Position numbers and translations under genes: made by a program. The notes below the pieces were generated by a model. It ran no database searches. It saw only the letters and a program-made list of their open reading frames with translations, and was not told the DNA's origin. A stretch of 63,099 nucleotides of DNA, counting the filler, from Rhabdomonas costata (Eukaryota), in NCBI GenBank assembly GCA_019059605.1. It is 26 parts of 26 records of this genome, joined end to end, with 100 filler letters (N's around TTAATTAATTAA, not from the genome) between each part and the next. Parts side by side here need not be neighbours in the genome. Positions count along the whole stretch, not along the records: positions 24,321 to 26,649 come from JAHMHO010003977.1; positions 26,750 to 29,080 come from JAHMHO010003978.1; positions 29,181 to 31,512 come from JAHMHO010003979.1; positions 31,613 to 33,950 come from JAHMHO010003980.1; positions 34,051 to 36,380 come from JAHMHO010003981.1; positions 36,481 to 38,811 come from JAHMHO010003982.1; 20 more parts are not named here. One strand, 5' to 3'. The first letter of the stretch is position 1. The number at the start of each line of letters is the position of its first letter. Below, in pieces: positions 25,801 to 37,386 of this stretch.

Positions 25801-26199
25801 AGCTTCCTTTATTGAAAGATTCAGAGTTAGGTAAACTGGCCTCCTCCCAGAAAAAGGAAAACCGCCAAAGGTATGCCGGTTGATCATTAGTCCCTTTTCG
25901 TTTGTTTGACTTGTTACACCGTGAGCTGGCTTTCGCTTCAACGCTAATACTTTGTGGTGGGCCCTCCTTTTTTTTCTCTCGATCCGCAGCAGCGGTGTTG
26001 GTAATCTGGGATTGGGACCAGATGTTTCCCCGAACAGAGCAAAACCAAATGCCCCGACCTTGCAATACATTGCATAGGCATGACCGCAGGAACCCGTGAT
26101 GCGATATGATGATTCGGGCACTTTTGCCTTGGTGCCCGTGGTGCTCTTCTCTGGTGATCAGCCATGTCTGCTGCTTGGGATGGGCTTTTGGGGAAAAGG

Positions 26200-26425
26200 T
26201 ACCGGCCAACGATGGATATCCTCGCCAGCCGGCACCGCCTGTGCATCAACAACAAGGTTCTGGGAGCGGTGAACAAGGGCAACAACCTGGGCGAGCTATG
26301 CGACAAGACGGCGATGGTTTTCGGGGTCTGTGTCCCCAACTCCTTGCGCCTTGCACCCGAAAGAGTCACCTTCTTTTGGAGCCAGCTCCAGAGCATGGCA
26401 AACGCCCTGGTGCAACTTCACCACG
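26200..26425 (+). CDS. Probable exon of an unknown protein
   Basis: GC3-rich frame PTMDILASRHRLCINNKVLGAVNKG...ALVQLHH ending at a GTGCG donor. Confidence 0.45.
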
Positions 26426-26749
26426 GTGCGAGTTATTGGAACTGCCCCATATGGACCACTGTCAGCGGTTTCCCATCGTCCCACGCCCCTCTCCCTCTCC
26501 GCGCTGTCCCACATTCACTCTCGTGCTTTGTGGTGCACCACACTCTGACTTCCAACACTACACTACGCCTATGAATGAGGCCTCTGACCTGGCTCAAAAG
26601 ACCCGGGTGGACTCGGCAGCGGGCTCCGCACCCCCCCCCCCCAAACCACNNNNNNNNNNNNNNNNNNNNNNNNNNNNNNNNNNNNNNNNNNNNTTAATTA
26701 ATTAANNNNNNNNNNNNNNNNNNNNNNNNNNNNNNNNNNNNNNNNNNNN

Positions 26750-28865
26750 TTTGTTTGGTGGAACCACCGGGGGCCCTTTTGGCCCTGAGAAGAGCCGGAG
26801 GAGCGGTGGAGTCGTCAGAGAGAAGCACATTCCTGACATCGAGATAATGATAATGATAACCAATGCTCATCCGCAGACAACCAATCGAAGAAAGCCCAGA
26901 ATCCGGCTCGCCATGGTCGATAGCGGAAGCAAAACCTTGGGCAATCGACCCAGGATCCGCAAGACCACCGTCGCGCAAGTCCTCACTTCCGTATTTCAGG
27001 TTCCACACCTTAATGGTGTTGTCCAAACTGCCGCTGACAACACGTGTCCCGTCCGAAGTAATAAACAAGGACGTGATGCGATCAGTGTGTCCCTCAAGGA
27101 CGCGCTCCACTTTCCTGGAATGTAGGTCCCACACCTTAATGGTGGTTTCCTTACCGGCACTGACAAGGTATTTCCCGTCTGAAGTTATCGCGACAGCATG
27201 AGCCGCACTGCTATGTTCTTCAAGGGTGAGAACGGCCTTCTTGGTATGCAAGGTCCACAGCTTGACGGTGCCGTCTTCACTGACGCTGGCAATGAACTTT
27301 CCATCCGAGGTGGCGGTCAAAGCTTCGACGGATGAACCATGTCCCTCAAAGATGTGCTCATCCTTTCCAGTATCTAGGTCACACACCTTAACAGTACCAT
27401 CTTCGAAGCCTGAAGTAATGCGCTTTCCGTCCTGCGTCGCGGTAACGGCAGTTAACTTAGCAGGAAATCCGCCAAGCCCAAAGGTGCTTTCCTCCCCGCC
27501 CGTATCAATCTTATAACCCCTGATGCCACCGAGGAAATTTTCCCACACAATCCATTTCCCACCCGACGTCCTAGCCGTGGCAACAACGCGACCACTCTTT
27601 CCCTTGAAGCTGTGCTCCTCCTTCCCTGTAGCCACGTTCCACACCTTGATAGTACTGTCCTCATCACCACTGATAATGTGCTTTCCGTCGGGGCTCACCA
27701 CCAACGCACGGAGGGCACTGGTGTGTCCTTTGAGGGTGCGCTCCTCCTTCCCCGTAGCAAGGTTCCACATCTTGATGGTCTTGTCCTGACTGCCGCTGAC
27801 AATGTGCTTCATGTCCGTGGTCACGGCCAAGCCAACGACGGATTTAGAGTGTCCTTCGAGGCTGCGCTGCCCGGTATCCAGGTTCCATACTTTTATGGTG
27901 TCCTGACTGCCGCTGACGATGTACTTTCCGTCTGAAGTCACAGCCAGGGCCATAACGCAATCGTTGTGTCCCTCAAGGGTCCGCTCCTCCTTCCCAGTAA
28001 CCAGGTTCCATACTTTGATCGTCTTATCTTCACTGCCACTGACGATATGCTTGCCGTCCGAAGTGACCGTCAGCGCTGCGATACCATCACCATGTCCCTC
28101 AAGAGAGCGCATCATATCCCCTGTACGCAGGTTCCACACCTTTACGGTCCCATCTGCACTGCCGCTGACGATGCACTTTACGTCCGAAGTAACACACAGG
28201 GAGGTGACAGATTTCGTGTGCTGTGAAAGAGTGCGCTCCATCTTTCCGGTTTCTCGGTTCCAAACTTTGATGGTCGAGTCCCTACTGCCGCTGACAATGT
28301 GCTTCCCATCCGAGGTAAAGACCACCGAGGTGACATCTCCACTGTGTCCAGAGAAAGACTGCATTTCCCCGGCAACCAATTCATGCAACTGGATAATTTC
28401 GTTAAGGGCATGGGCAATGTAGTTTCCGTCCGAGGAGACAGCAACAGCGCCCGAGCCAAGGTTTGAGAAGACGGGCACCCTGCAGCAAATCGTGCGCTCC
28501 TCCTTCCCTGTTCTCAAGCTCCACACCTTGACGGTTTTGTCGTTACTGAAGCTGACTATGCGTTTTCCGTCGGAAGTCACCGCGACGGACCAAATTAAAT
28601 CAACGTGGCCCTCAAGGGTACGCACCTCTATCCCAGATTCCAAGTTCCACACCTTGATAGTCTTGTCTTCACCGCCACTGACAATGTGCCTGCAGTCCGG
28701 TGTCACGGCAATTGCCCTGACCGAACCAATGTGTCCGATAAGCTGTGCCTTTTCGCCGCAGAGGAGGTGGGCCAGGGAGGCATCTCTGAGGTCGAGGCCG
28801 CACAGCCGCAGCCGAGTGAGAACGGCGTACCGAAGATCAGCCCCACGAAAGCTGCTGCACAGCAC
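26750..28865 (-). CDS. Pentapeptide-repeat + about 14 WD40-repeat protein (C-terminal part of a NACHT/STAND-WD40-like architecture); single exon of about 2.1 kb
   Basis: FRGADLRYAVLTRLRLCGLDLRDASL followed by repeated GHxxxVxALAVTSDGKHIVSGSxDKTIKVWNL. AG acceptor at 28867-28866. Confidence 0.92.
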
Positions 28866-29180
28866 CTAAGCATATACCGATGGGCAGCACGATTTTCTCA
28901 TTCCGCGTGTCGTGAGTTGTGAAGAGAAGAGCTGAAGGGAAGAAAGTATGAAGCATAGAAAGTGTGGAACTGGAAAGCATGTCATGCTCTCGGCATGCCA
29001 ACACTTGGCTTTTCTTGGACAGCGTAGGGGGTCAAAGAAGCAGATGCCTGAAGGAACCCTTCGCTCCGACAGGACACAAANNNNNNNNNNNNNNNNNNNN
29101 NNNNNNNNNNNNNNNNNNNNNNNNTTAATTAATTAANNNNNNNNNNNNNNNNNNNNNNNNNNNNNNNNNNNNNNNNNNNN

Positions 29181-29292
29181 GTGTGGGTGGTGGAGCTGCT
29201 ACAGATGACGGAGCTGAACGAGGAGCAGAAGCAGTGTCTGGTGACGGTTCGAGATGCGATTTCGGCGATGATGGTGGTGATCAACGATTTGG
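29181..29292 (+). CDS. Histidine kinase dimerisation (HisKA) domain exon, hybrid-kinase type
   Basis: VVELLQMTELNEEQKQCLVTVRDAISAMMVVINDL then a GTGTGG donor; resembles ELLxxTxLxxEQxxxxxTIxxSxxxLLxxINDILD. Confidence 0.78.
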
Positions 29293-29482
29293 TGTGGTGA
29301 GGGCGTTTTTGTGTTTTTTTTTGTATTTTTAGTGGTTTTTACTCGCTTTAGGTTGGCTTGTGTTTTCGATTGGTTAGTCTGTTTTTAGTTTTTTAGTAGT
29401 TTTTTTGTCTGTTTTTTTGTATCTTTTCTTTCGAATACGCACCTGCTGCTTTCCAGGCAACATCGATTTGGAATGATTACAA

Positions 29483-30316
29483 GTGATGGCATGCGACGGA
29501 TTTGGCCATGTGGCGAAATTTTAGCTCCAGAAGCCCAAAAGTGCGTGTTTACAGGTGTTACTGCTTTAAAAAAGGCAAATACCAGCGGCCCAAGAATATC
29601 GGGCACCACACCAGCGATGGAGCATTGCTATGCACTGCATTTGCTCCGTTATTGGTGCACTTTCGTTTTCAACCAAAACCATCACCCATAATGCAAAACG
29701 CCTCCGTTTGACAACATTTCTGATAATCTCACTTTTGAGGTGGCGCGGGCAAACACCTGTTGCCTAGAGCATACCCCAACGTATTTTGCACCTTGGCTCG
29801 GGTCACGTAAAGTGAGAGTTCAAGCAGAAGCATAATCTAGCCTGTAATAGTTGAAGGCTGCACCTCAAAACCGGGTATTTTGAGTGCCTCCAGGCCTCCA
29901 GTAAGGGCGCAAGGGCCGCATGCTTTGCAAAGCTTGCTGGGAACGCCTGCCCGTTAGGCGTACTTTGGGCTGCTGCCGCACAGCGTTTCATGCAAGGTAA
30001 GTTACTCCCTGAAACTCAGAAAATGGTATGTGATGGTTTTCCATTCAAGTCTTTTTTCAGCCTGGGGACACGTTATGTGATGAGCCCGGACAGTTTTTTT
30101 GACGGGTAACCTAAAAGGCAGTTAGCTATGGGATGCTCCAAAGAGACTACTGCGCCGAAGGCGCGATTTTTTCGGGTGATTCCGTGATTGTATTGATCTT
30201 TTGAAGCGAATGGTAAATTCTATAACCGGCTGTTTGTTGAGAAGGTAGGTAAAGATTGGGTTTAAACACAGCCATGTGGTATGGTGCAGTTCTGAATTTA
30301 CGGTGTAACCTACTTT
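29483..30316 (+). repeat. Repeat family R1, order B (29483-29751), 45-bp spacer, A (29797-30316), intronic
   Basis: Reverse-complement homology to 20313-21042 with the block order permuted. Confidence 0.92.
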
Positions 30317-30952
30317 ATCTTAGCAAGTCCGGAACAGCACTACCTCGGCATCCAAAAGGAAGGATTTTGCTTCCCGATAAGCAGCAACTTATGAGTGAAA
30401 AGGGAATGGATGGTGCCTGTGTATGTGTATCCCAAAGCCGAAAGGTTGTATCTATAGGCTTGAAGACTCTCTGTTTCCCCGGGGAGGGAGGACTGTATCA
30501 AACCGAGTAACTAAAGGAGGCACTTCGGCGAGAGCTTTCATTGGCAAGATTCTTGAAAGGAATAACCACCGTCCTCCCTGACGGTGGTGCGCACCGTCGC
30601 TTCGCGGACCTATTTTTCACCAAAAACACCCCTCGACCCCAGAGAGTGGTAAATAAGGCCCAACAACAAATCTGGAACGGCGGCGTTTAGCTTCACACAA
30701 GTCGGACTGAGGGTCGTGCGGTGTAATGGGTCTGCCATGATGGCAAATGGGACTGGCGGGCGAATCGGCGCCAATGGCCACCACTCTTTCCATATGAAAG
30801 CCAGCACTGTGCAGTGTCCGGGGCGATTTCTGGACCCTCGGTTTGGGAAGTGACTACGATATCGGTTCCAGTGCACTGGTTCAAGCCTGGTTCAAGCCCC
30901 TCGCAAAGGGTGGTGGTGGGAGTCGGGAGTGGGGTGCTGGGTTGTTTGGCAG

Positions 30953-31512
30953 GTTCTCGGGGCACCGTGGTCGTGGACCTGAGTATGCAGCCTCTGGCGG
31001 GGGTGCCCATCCGGGGAGCTCACGGCCCCCGGCTGGACTGGATGCTGTACAGTGGCTACTGCGGCGCGAGGCTCAGCAGGTGTGAAGCTTGGCGTGCGTG
31101 GGGCGCTGGTAGGGTGCATGATTCTGGTTCTGACACTGCTCTGCACCTTGGTGTACTTACACACTCTCGAGTTAAGAATATGTGTATCTTTATTGAAGAT
31201 CAGAGCGATGGGTAGCGGCAAGCGCAGAAATTTGAAGTCAGGTCGCTTGGTGTGAAGGTTTTCACTGTATAAGGGGATAAACTTCCAGGAAGTGGGAGAA
31301 AGCTCGCTTAAGACTGACACATATCCTCAGATGCAATCACCCTCTCACTCGCTCAGACGACTGTGGACCCATTCCTCCTCAACACAGGAACTGGAGCGGC
31401 CTTCCCCTGCGTCAACTACCTCGCACCTGGACAAGCAGCGCGCACAGATCGAGAGGCTCCTGAAGCGCCCCCTGAGCACCTCTCACACTCCCCACGGCTC
31501 CCACTCCCACAC
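30953..31512 (+). CDS. Two probable exons of an unknown protein (about 30953-31079, 31358->31512), frame ambiguous
   Basis: tttggcag acceptor, GTGTG donor, cgctcag acceptor, GC-rich open frames. Confidence 0.35.
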
Positions 31513-31917
31513 NNNNNNNNNNNNNNNNNNNNNNNNNNNNNNNNNNNNNNNNNNNNTTAATTAATTAANNNNNNNNNNNNNNNNNNNNNNNNNNNNNNNN
31601 NNNNNNNNNNNNGTGGTTTTTGGCACTTGACAAGAAATTTCATGAAACGGGGCTGCCAGAAAATGGCCCAGCCGGAACGTCACGGTACAATCCCACAAGC
31701 GAGAAGCGGCCATTGCGGTGATGACCTTCTCCCCCCCTTTTGCCGCCCAGGCTCAGTTCCACCCGAAGACACGCGCTGATAGACGAACTGTTGCTGCTAC
31801 TTAACGCGGCTATATGGTCAACTCACCCCCATGCACCGTGTTGACTACATCGTTTTCCAGTCGCTGCGGTGGCCTCCCAGTTCTCCGTCCGTGCCTCCCT
31901 CCCTCTTTCACTCACAG

Positions 31918-32833
31918 GCTATGCCAACCCTGGGGGCAGTCCCACGTTGAGCGACGGCGTGGCTCCGCTGGCGAAGCTTTTCATGCAAGACTTGTCCCCG
32001 TCTCAGGGTGCGTTGTGTCGATTCTCGTTCTTTTCGTTTCGTTTATTCCATTCTATTCCAGTGGATGCTGCTTGCCAGACAGGCTGTGGCTTTGGGACAG
32101 AGAAGGGACGGATGAAACTGATATGCCGGTCTGGAAGCTCTATGTCCGCCGAAGTCATCAAGCAAGCATCGTGGCTGTTTTTCAGTTTCCGGAGCCGGGG
32201 ACCGCATCATCCTGCCCTGCCGGGTGCAGACTGCTGTGGACGGTCCCGTGGGTGCGGGCTCTCGGATTTACCTTGGGGCTTGGGGTAGCCCATGCGATGG
32301 CAGCGGCTGCGTGGGGAGCATGCCCTATGGGGATCTCGCGTTTCAGGTTGCTCGGTGTCTTAGGGTTTTCGCTTCTTGCCACCTGCCGTCATTTAGTGGT
32401 CGATCAGTCACACGACGCGCTGGCTTCGCCTGTTTGGTTTGTCAAGAGCATCCTTGTCCTCTTCCCTTCCCTTTTTAACCACTGCTTCCATTCTTGTGTG
32501 AAATGTCCCCCTGAACTCAGTGGCAAGTCGTTGTTGTGCAGCATATGCATGAGCATTTCCGAGTTTTGGGGGTCTACCTGACTCTCTCTTGTTTTCAAAA
32601 TTCAAATCTGTTGCCTGATTGTTGTAAAAGCTTCCGTAGGAGTTTGTGACGCACCACCGTCAAGTTGAAGGATTCCTGAGATGCGTGATAATTCGAAGGG
32701 AGGGGGGGTTACAGTTCGACGCTTACGCGTGGAGCAACCCTGAAGTGCTGTTCGTGTTTGCCGCGGGCAACGACGGCACGGTCAGCCTCACCGAGCCCGC
32801 CAATGCCAAGAACGCCATTGCTGTGGGAGCTTA
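31918..32833 (+). CDS. Subtilisin-like peptidase S8 (KP-43/TagC-like; exons 31918-32007, 32186-32346, 32715-32833)
   Basis: DGVAPLAKLFMQD...GAGSRIYLGAWGS...FDAYAWSNPEVLFVFAAGNDG...EPANAKNAIAVGA, including the oxyanion AAGN motif. Confidence 0.88.
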
Positions 32834-33127
32834 GTGCGTGTTTCCCCGCCCCCTCCCTCGCACCCAGAAAGACTGCCCTTTCGCAAATGATGGGCGACAA
32901 GACCGTGAACGTGTTTAAACATTGTTGCCCCCGCCCCTCTACGATTGCGTTGTGCAGCGGCAGTGAATATCTGTGTTGCAGGTCGCAACATGTTGAAGTG
33001 GTGTTTTGCTTACAGCGAGAAGGGACAGTGTAGGTGAGGTGAAAGGGGTAAACTCTGAGTTGAGCAGCTGAATGATCTGAATGAATGATGCCTTACAGGA
33101 GTAACTGGCGTTTCGACCTAAGAGGCG

Positions 33128-33207
33128 GAAACTGGACCCCCCCCCCCGTGAACCAGATGGTTCACGGACATGAACCACAGGGCTGGTTCACGGTGGGGTC
33201 GAGTTTC
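33128..33207. repeat. Small nested inverted-repeat element (MITE-like)
   Basis: gaaactggacccc/ggggtcgagtttc outer arms (12/13) enclose ccgtgaacca and two copies of tggttcacgg. Confidence 0.6.
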
Positions 33208-33823
33208 ACCTTAACCCCGCCCTTTCGCTGTACAGGGAAGACACAGAGCACAACAGCTTCACTAGCTCTTACGCAATGCTAATGGCCCCCTAATGGCTGA
33301 GGCGGATGATCAGGGTTTTCTCGAGAGAAGTCACACCCTCACCTCACTCCATAGACCAGGTGCAGCGTATAAATGCTGCCAAATGCTGCCCCCCCTCCCC
33401 CCGCCAACCCCGTGCACGTACGTACGTCAATGCACCACGGCCACAAAGTTAGCCTTGCAGAGAGCTCTCGCTCTTGCCACTCGGCAGCAGGGGATAGGGG
33501 CGGTGGGACCACCCCTAACCCAGTCCTTCTGTGGGATGAAGGGACAGAGAAGGAGAGCTTCGAACAAGCCAAAGATTTGGCCGTGAGCGAGGCAAAAGAG
33601 GTCGTTGGATTGAGGCGCCCCCGTGGGGGAGGGCATGGCCTGCCACTACCTCCAAGTTGAGTGGGAAGGGACGAATGGAGGGGGGCGCACAAAGAAAACG
33701 CCGCAGAGTAGCAGCTGCGCGAAGATACCACTTGAAACAAAACGAAGGCCAACCTCCTTCCTCCCTCCTCCAACACACGCACTTCCTTGAACTCACACAC
33801 ATCCGCGCAGCTATCCATCCAAG

Positions 33824-33860
<37 letters not shown>

Positions 33861-34279
33861 CACAAGCGAAAGGCGCAAACACAGATGCTCCCCGAAACCT
33901 TATGGTGAAGTGCAGTCGGCAAAGCCATTCTCGAGAGATAAAAAAAAACANNNNNNNNNNNNNNNNNNNNNNNNNNNNNNNNNNNNNNNNNNNNTTAATT
34001 AATTAANNNNNNNNNNNNNNNNNNNNNNNNNNNNNNNNNNNNNNNNNNNNTTGTGGGTGTGAAGTTGGTGAGCTTTTTGTTTGACTTTTGGACAGCTGTA
34101 GGTTTACATGAAAAAGCGAAGATACGAAAAAACGGAGAGGGAACATATGGAGGAGATTGTGGATTATAGAAGTTGCCTCTAACCTAACGCGCCAGCTTGT
34201 GAGCTTGCACGGAGGGTCCACGGCCAGCCTGTCGTATCCCCCTCCCCCCACATACCCACGCCCACACTTCCACCTTCAG

Positions 34280-35694
34280 GATGATCAACTGAATGAGAAA
34301 TTGAGCGTGGAAGAAACGCTGCAGTTCACCGCGGCGCTTCGGCTGTCGCCAACTTTTACGGCAGAGATGCGGCAGCTGCGGGTGGAGGAGGTGCTGGCGC
34401 AGATGAACCTAGTGTCCTGCCGCGCTCTGCGGGTCGGGGACCGCCACCACAAGGGCATCCCTGGGGGCGAGCGCAAGCGCCTGTGCACGGCCATCGAGCT
34501 AATCACCCGGCCTAAGCTGTGCGTTCCCGCGCATCCACCTGAGCATCATATGTGTACAGCTTTGGTCAGTTTTGCAGCCCCCCTCGATCAAGTCAAATCA
34601 AGTGTGCTACCCCAGGTTACGGGACGCTGGACGATTCCAAAGCTGCTAAGATCACTGCAGCACCTAGGATCTTGGGTCGCGTAGCTCATCCTGGAAATCC
34701 CTGAGAGCTCCCACAAGCCATCCATTCGAACCCACGGGACGCGTGTGTCGCCTCCTAAGATCATTTGCTTGTTTCATGTGGCGCTCGGCCGAAGGACACG
34801 GGTAAGGTACTTATGTTGAAGGGACTGTGTACTTGACGTGATGCTTTCGTAGGTGGAGAGGCAGTATATACTTGATCAAATGAACCTACCTACATGCCCA
34901 TTCTCCGTTCACTCCTTTCCGTGAGAAATACTGATATTTTTCTTTCTCACCTGCCTTTTTGTGCAAGTGGGGGATTTGGGGGTGAACTACCTTTCCAGAA
35001 TCTTTTTGGATGAGCCCACCACTTCGCTGGACTCCCACGCTGCGCTGACGCTCTGCGTGACCCTCCAGAAGCTCGCCCACAGCGGGACCTGTACTGTGGT
35101 TTGTTAGTGTGAATGAGTGGATGGGTGCCTTCCTTGTGTCTCTGCATTGGGCATGGACTCTTATGACACCTTGCTTTTGCGTCCATATCTTGGATTTCGG
35201 TCTCAAGAGTTGTGTTCAATCCGTGGCAAGGGAGAGAAACATGCGGAATAGCTGGACACAAGACGGAGTGCAGCCAGAAGGGCCACCTTTGGGGCACCAC
35301 TGCCGTCCAAGGGAAAGGTAGGAGATCCTGATTCCAAGGACTGGCCAGCGTTTCGGGAGGCGTGCTTTATATACAAAAACCCCAGGCCTGCTTCTGCCTT
35401 GTCCTTGTTATAGCCATTACACTGCTTTTGTTGAGGCAATGCTAAAGTTTGGTAATTGTGGGTCCTCTTGGTTACTTTGTGGATGTTCGACCCCACTGAA
35501 GGTTCCTTGCGGGCACCCACAGGTGTGTACCATTCACCAGCCCCAGAGCAAGATCTTTGCCTTGTTCGATGACCTGCTGCTGCTGAGCCACGGCCGGATC
35601 GTCTTCCACGGCCCTGCGGATAGGGCCGTGGAGGCCTTCACCAAGGGGGGGTTTCCCCTACCCCCCTTCACCAACCCCGCGGACCACCTTTTGG
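34280..35694 (+). CDS. ABCG (White-like) transporter nucleotide-binding domain (exons 34280-34518, 34999-35098, 35523-35694)
   Basis: DD..LSVEETLQFTAALRL...GIPGGERKRLCTAIELITRPKL|IFLDEPTTSLDS...TV|VCTIHQPQSKIFALFDDLLLLSHGRIVFHG...NPADH. Confidence 0.95.
35291..35400 (+). repeat. Dispersed repeat family R2, copy 2 (in ABCG intron)
   Basis: ggggcaccac...cctgattccaaggactggcca...gggaggc...tatacaaaaaccccaggcctgcttc matches the minus strand of 54140-54257. Confidence 0.78.
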
Positions 35695-37386
35695 GTCTGC
35701 GCCGACAGTTGCACATGCTCAATTTAGGGTCCGGTCTATGTCACCGTTATGCGGTGTAACTGCTTAATACCGTGCAGCGCCCCTTTCCTCCCCATAAAGA
35801 CAGAGAGATGGCGGCCGAGGAGAAGAGGCTTCGAGGCGAACCTCTTTGAAAGATTGAGAGATCATCATCATCAAGGATCCGGAGGACGCCAACCCAGGGA
35901 TTCGCCTTTGCGCTGAGACCCCAGTTTCAGAAAAACTGAGACCCCAATTTTAGGAAGAGGCGAATGCTCGGCTGCCAGGTCGGGCAACCATGATCTCTCT
36001 CCTCAACATGAACTGGAGACGCGGAAAGCCAGTGCCCATGGGTGGGGGTGTCTTTTGAATAAAATACCCATGACACCTCGCGCGTCGCCTGTCCCCCTTC
36101 CATCCAGAGAAATTGCAGCGGAGGAAGCTGCCGAGTGATTCGAAGCTTTTCCATATTCAAACAAGTAGTGGGAAACTCGGGGGCACCAGAGAATGCGAAT
36201 ATGCTGCTCACCATACGTTTACAAGCCGAAAAGGTGGTTCCTGCTCGCGGTTCCCCGACCTCTCGTGCCATCAGTCTTCAGCATTCCCATATCCCAAAGC
36301 GATAGCGATAGCACTGAGAGCAAGAGCTGTGCTTCGAGGGCAGATATGTGCTTGTTCCAAATGGGCTGGTACCAACACAANNNNNNNNNNNNNNNNNNNN
36401 NNNNNNNNNNNNNNNNNNNNNNNNTTAATTAATTAANNNNNNNNNNNNNNNNNNNNNNNNNNNNNNNNNNNNNNNNNNNNGGGGTTGGGTTCGGAAAGGG
36501 AACCATGCAAGTGGACAACGTTGTGAGACGAGTGTGGTCCCCCTTTTCAAGCTGGGCTAGGACCAGCCGCCTTTTGCAGTTTCTAACTGCATAGAATTAA
36601 CATATCTTTGTTTGCAGTCTTCAAGAACGCGTGAAAGTGCGCGAAAGCTGGTGCGCTTTCCACCCTTCCGGCCCCAAAGATGGAGTAACGTCACTATACG
36701 CGACCATGTCACGATAAGGCTGGAGGCAGTATTGTGCAGGATTGGCACACATCTTCTTTGTCTTCATATGCCAATCTCGAGGTCAATTTGATGGCCTCTA
36801 CCAAAGCAAACGTGCTAGAAGTGATGTCGGCCTGCTCACTGAGTCAACCTGTCCGCCACGAGCAGCCCTCCAGTGGCAAACAGGATCACAAAGTAAGCCA
36901 GCCCGATGTACGCAAAGTAGACAGTAACTTGCCCCCCGCACCACGCAATGGCCGGGCCTGATGAAAGCAAGGAAAACATGCGATCGTATGTGACGCACAC
37001 TGTCAATCTAGAATGTTGGATGGTACCTGGGTTGGCAGGCACTACCCGAAACAAAGAGGAAGACATGTGACCCATTCGAACCAGGTCTGTCAAATCAAAA
37101 AACAGTTGCCGTCGTCTTCAGCAGGTCAGGTATATGGTCCCACGGTGTCAGATGCTTTGTTCCATGAAGGCTGTGTGTGGAAATGGAGGTCGAAGGGTAC
37201 ATCGTTTGATAACAAATCCAAAGAAAAAGAAAAAGAAAAAGAAAACGAAGGATTCCTGGTTCTGGTGAGTTCCCGGTGTGACGCACATCACAAGTGAGAC
37301 CTGGTGTCCCGGTCACACCAACATATCGACTTAGATCCGGATGAGGACGCAGGTCGTTACTGGATCCGCGCGCGAGAAATTTTTAC

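Noticed and set aside
26863-28869. Several plus-strand ORFs over the WD40 gene
   Set aside because: Antisense shadows of the repetitive WD40 frame.
30076-30296. Box C/D snoRNA within repeat R1 (TGATGA ... CTGA)
   Set aside because: Boxes are far apart, spacing differs by a 56-nt indel between copies, and I could not identify a terminal stem or rRNA antisense element.
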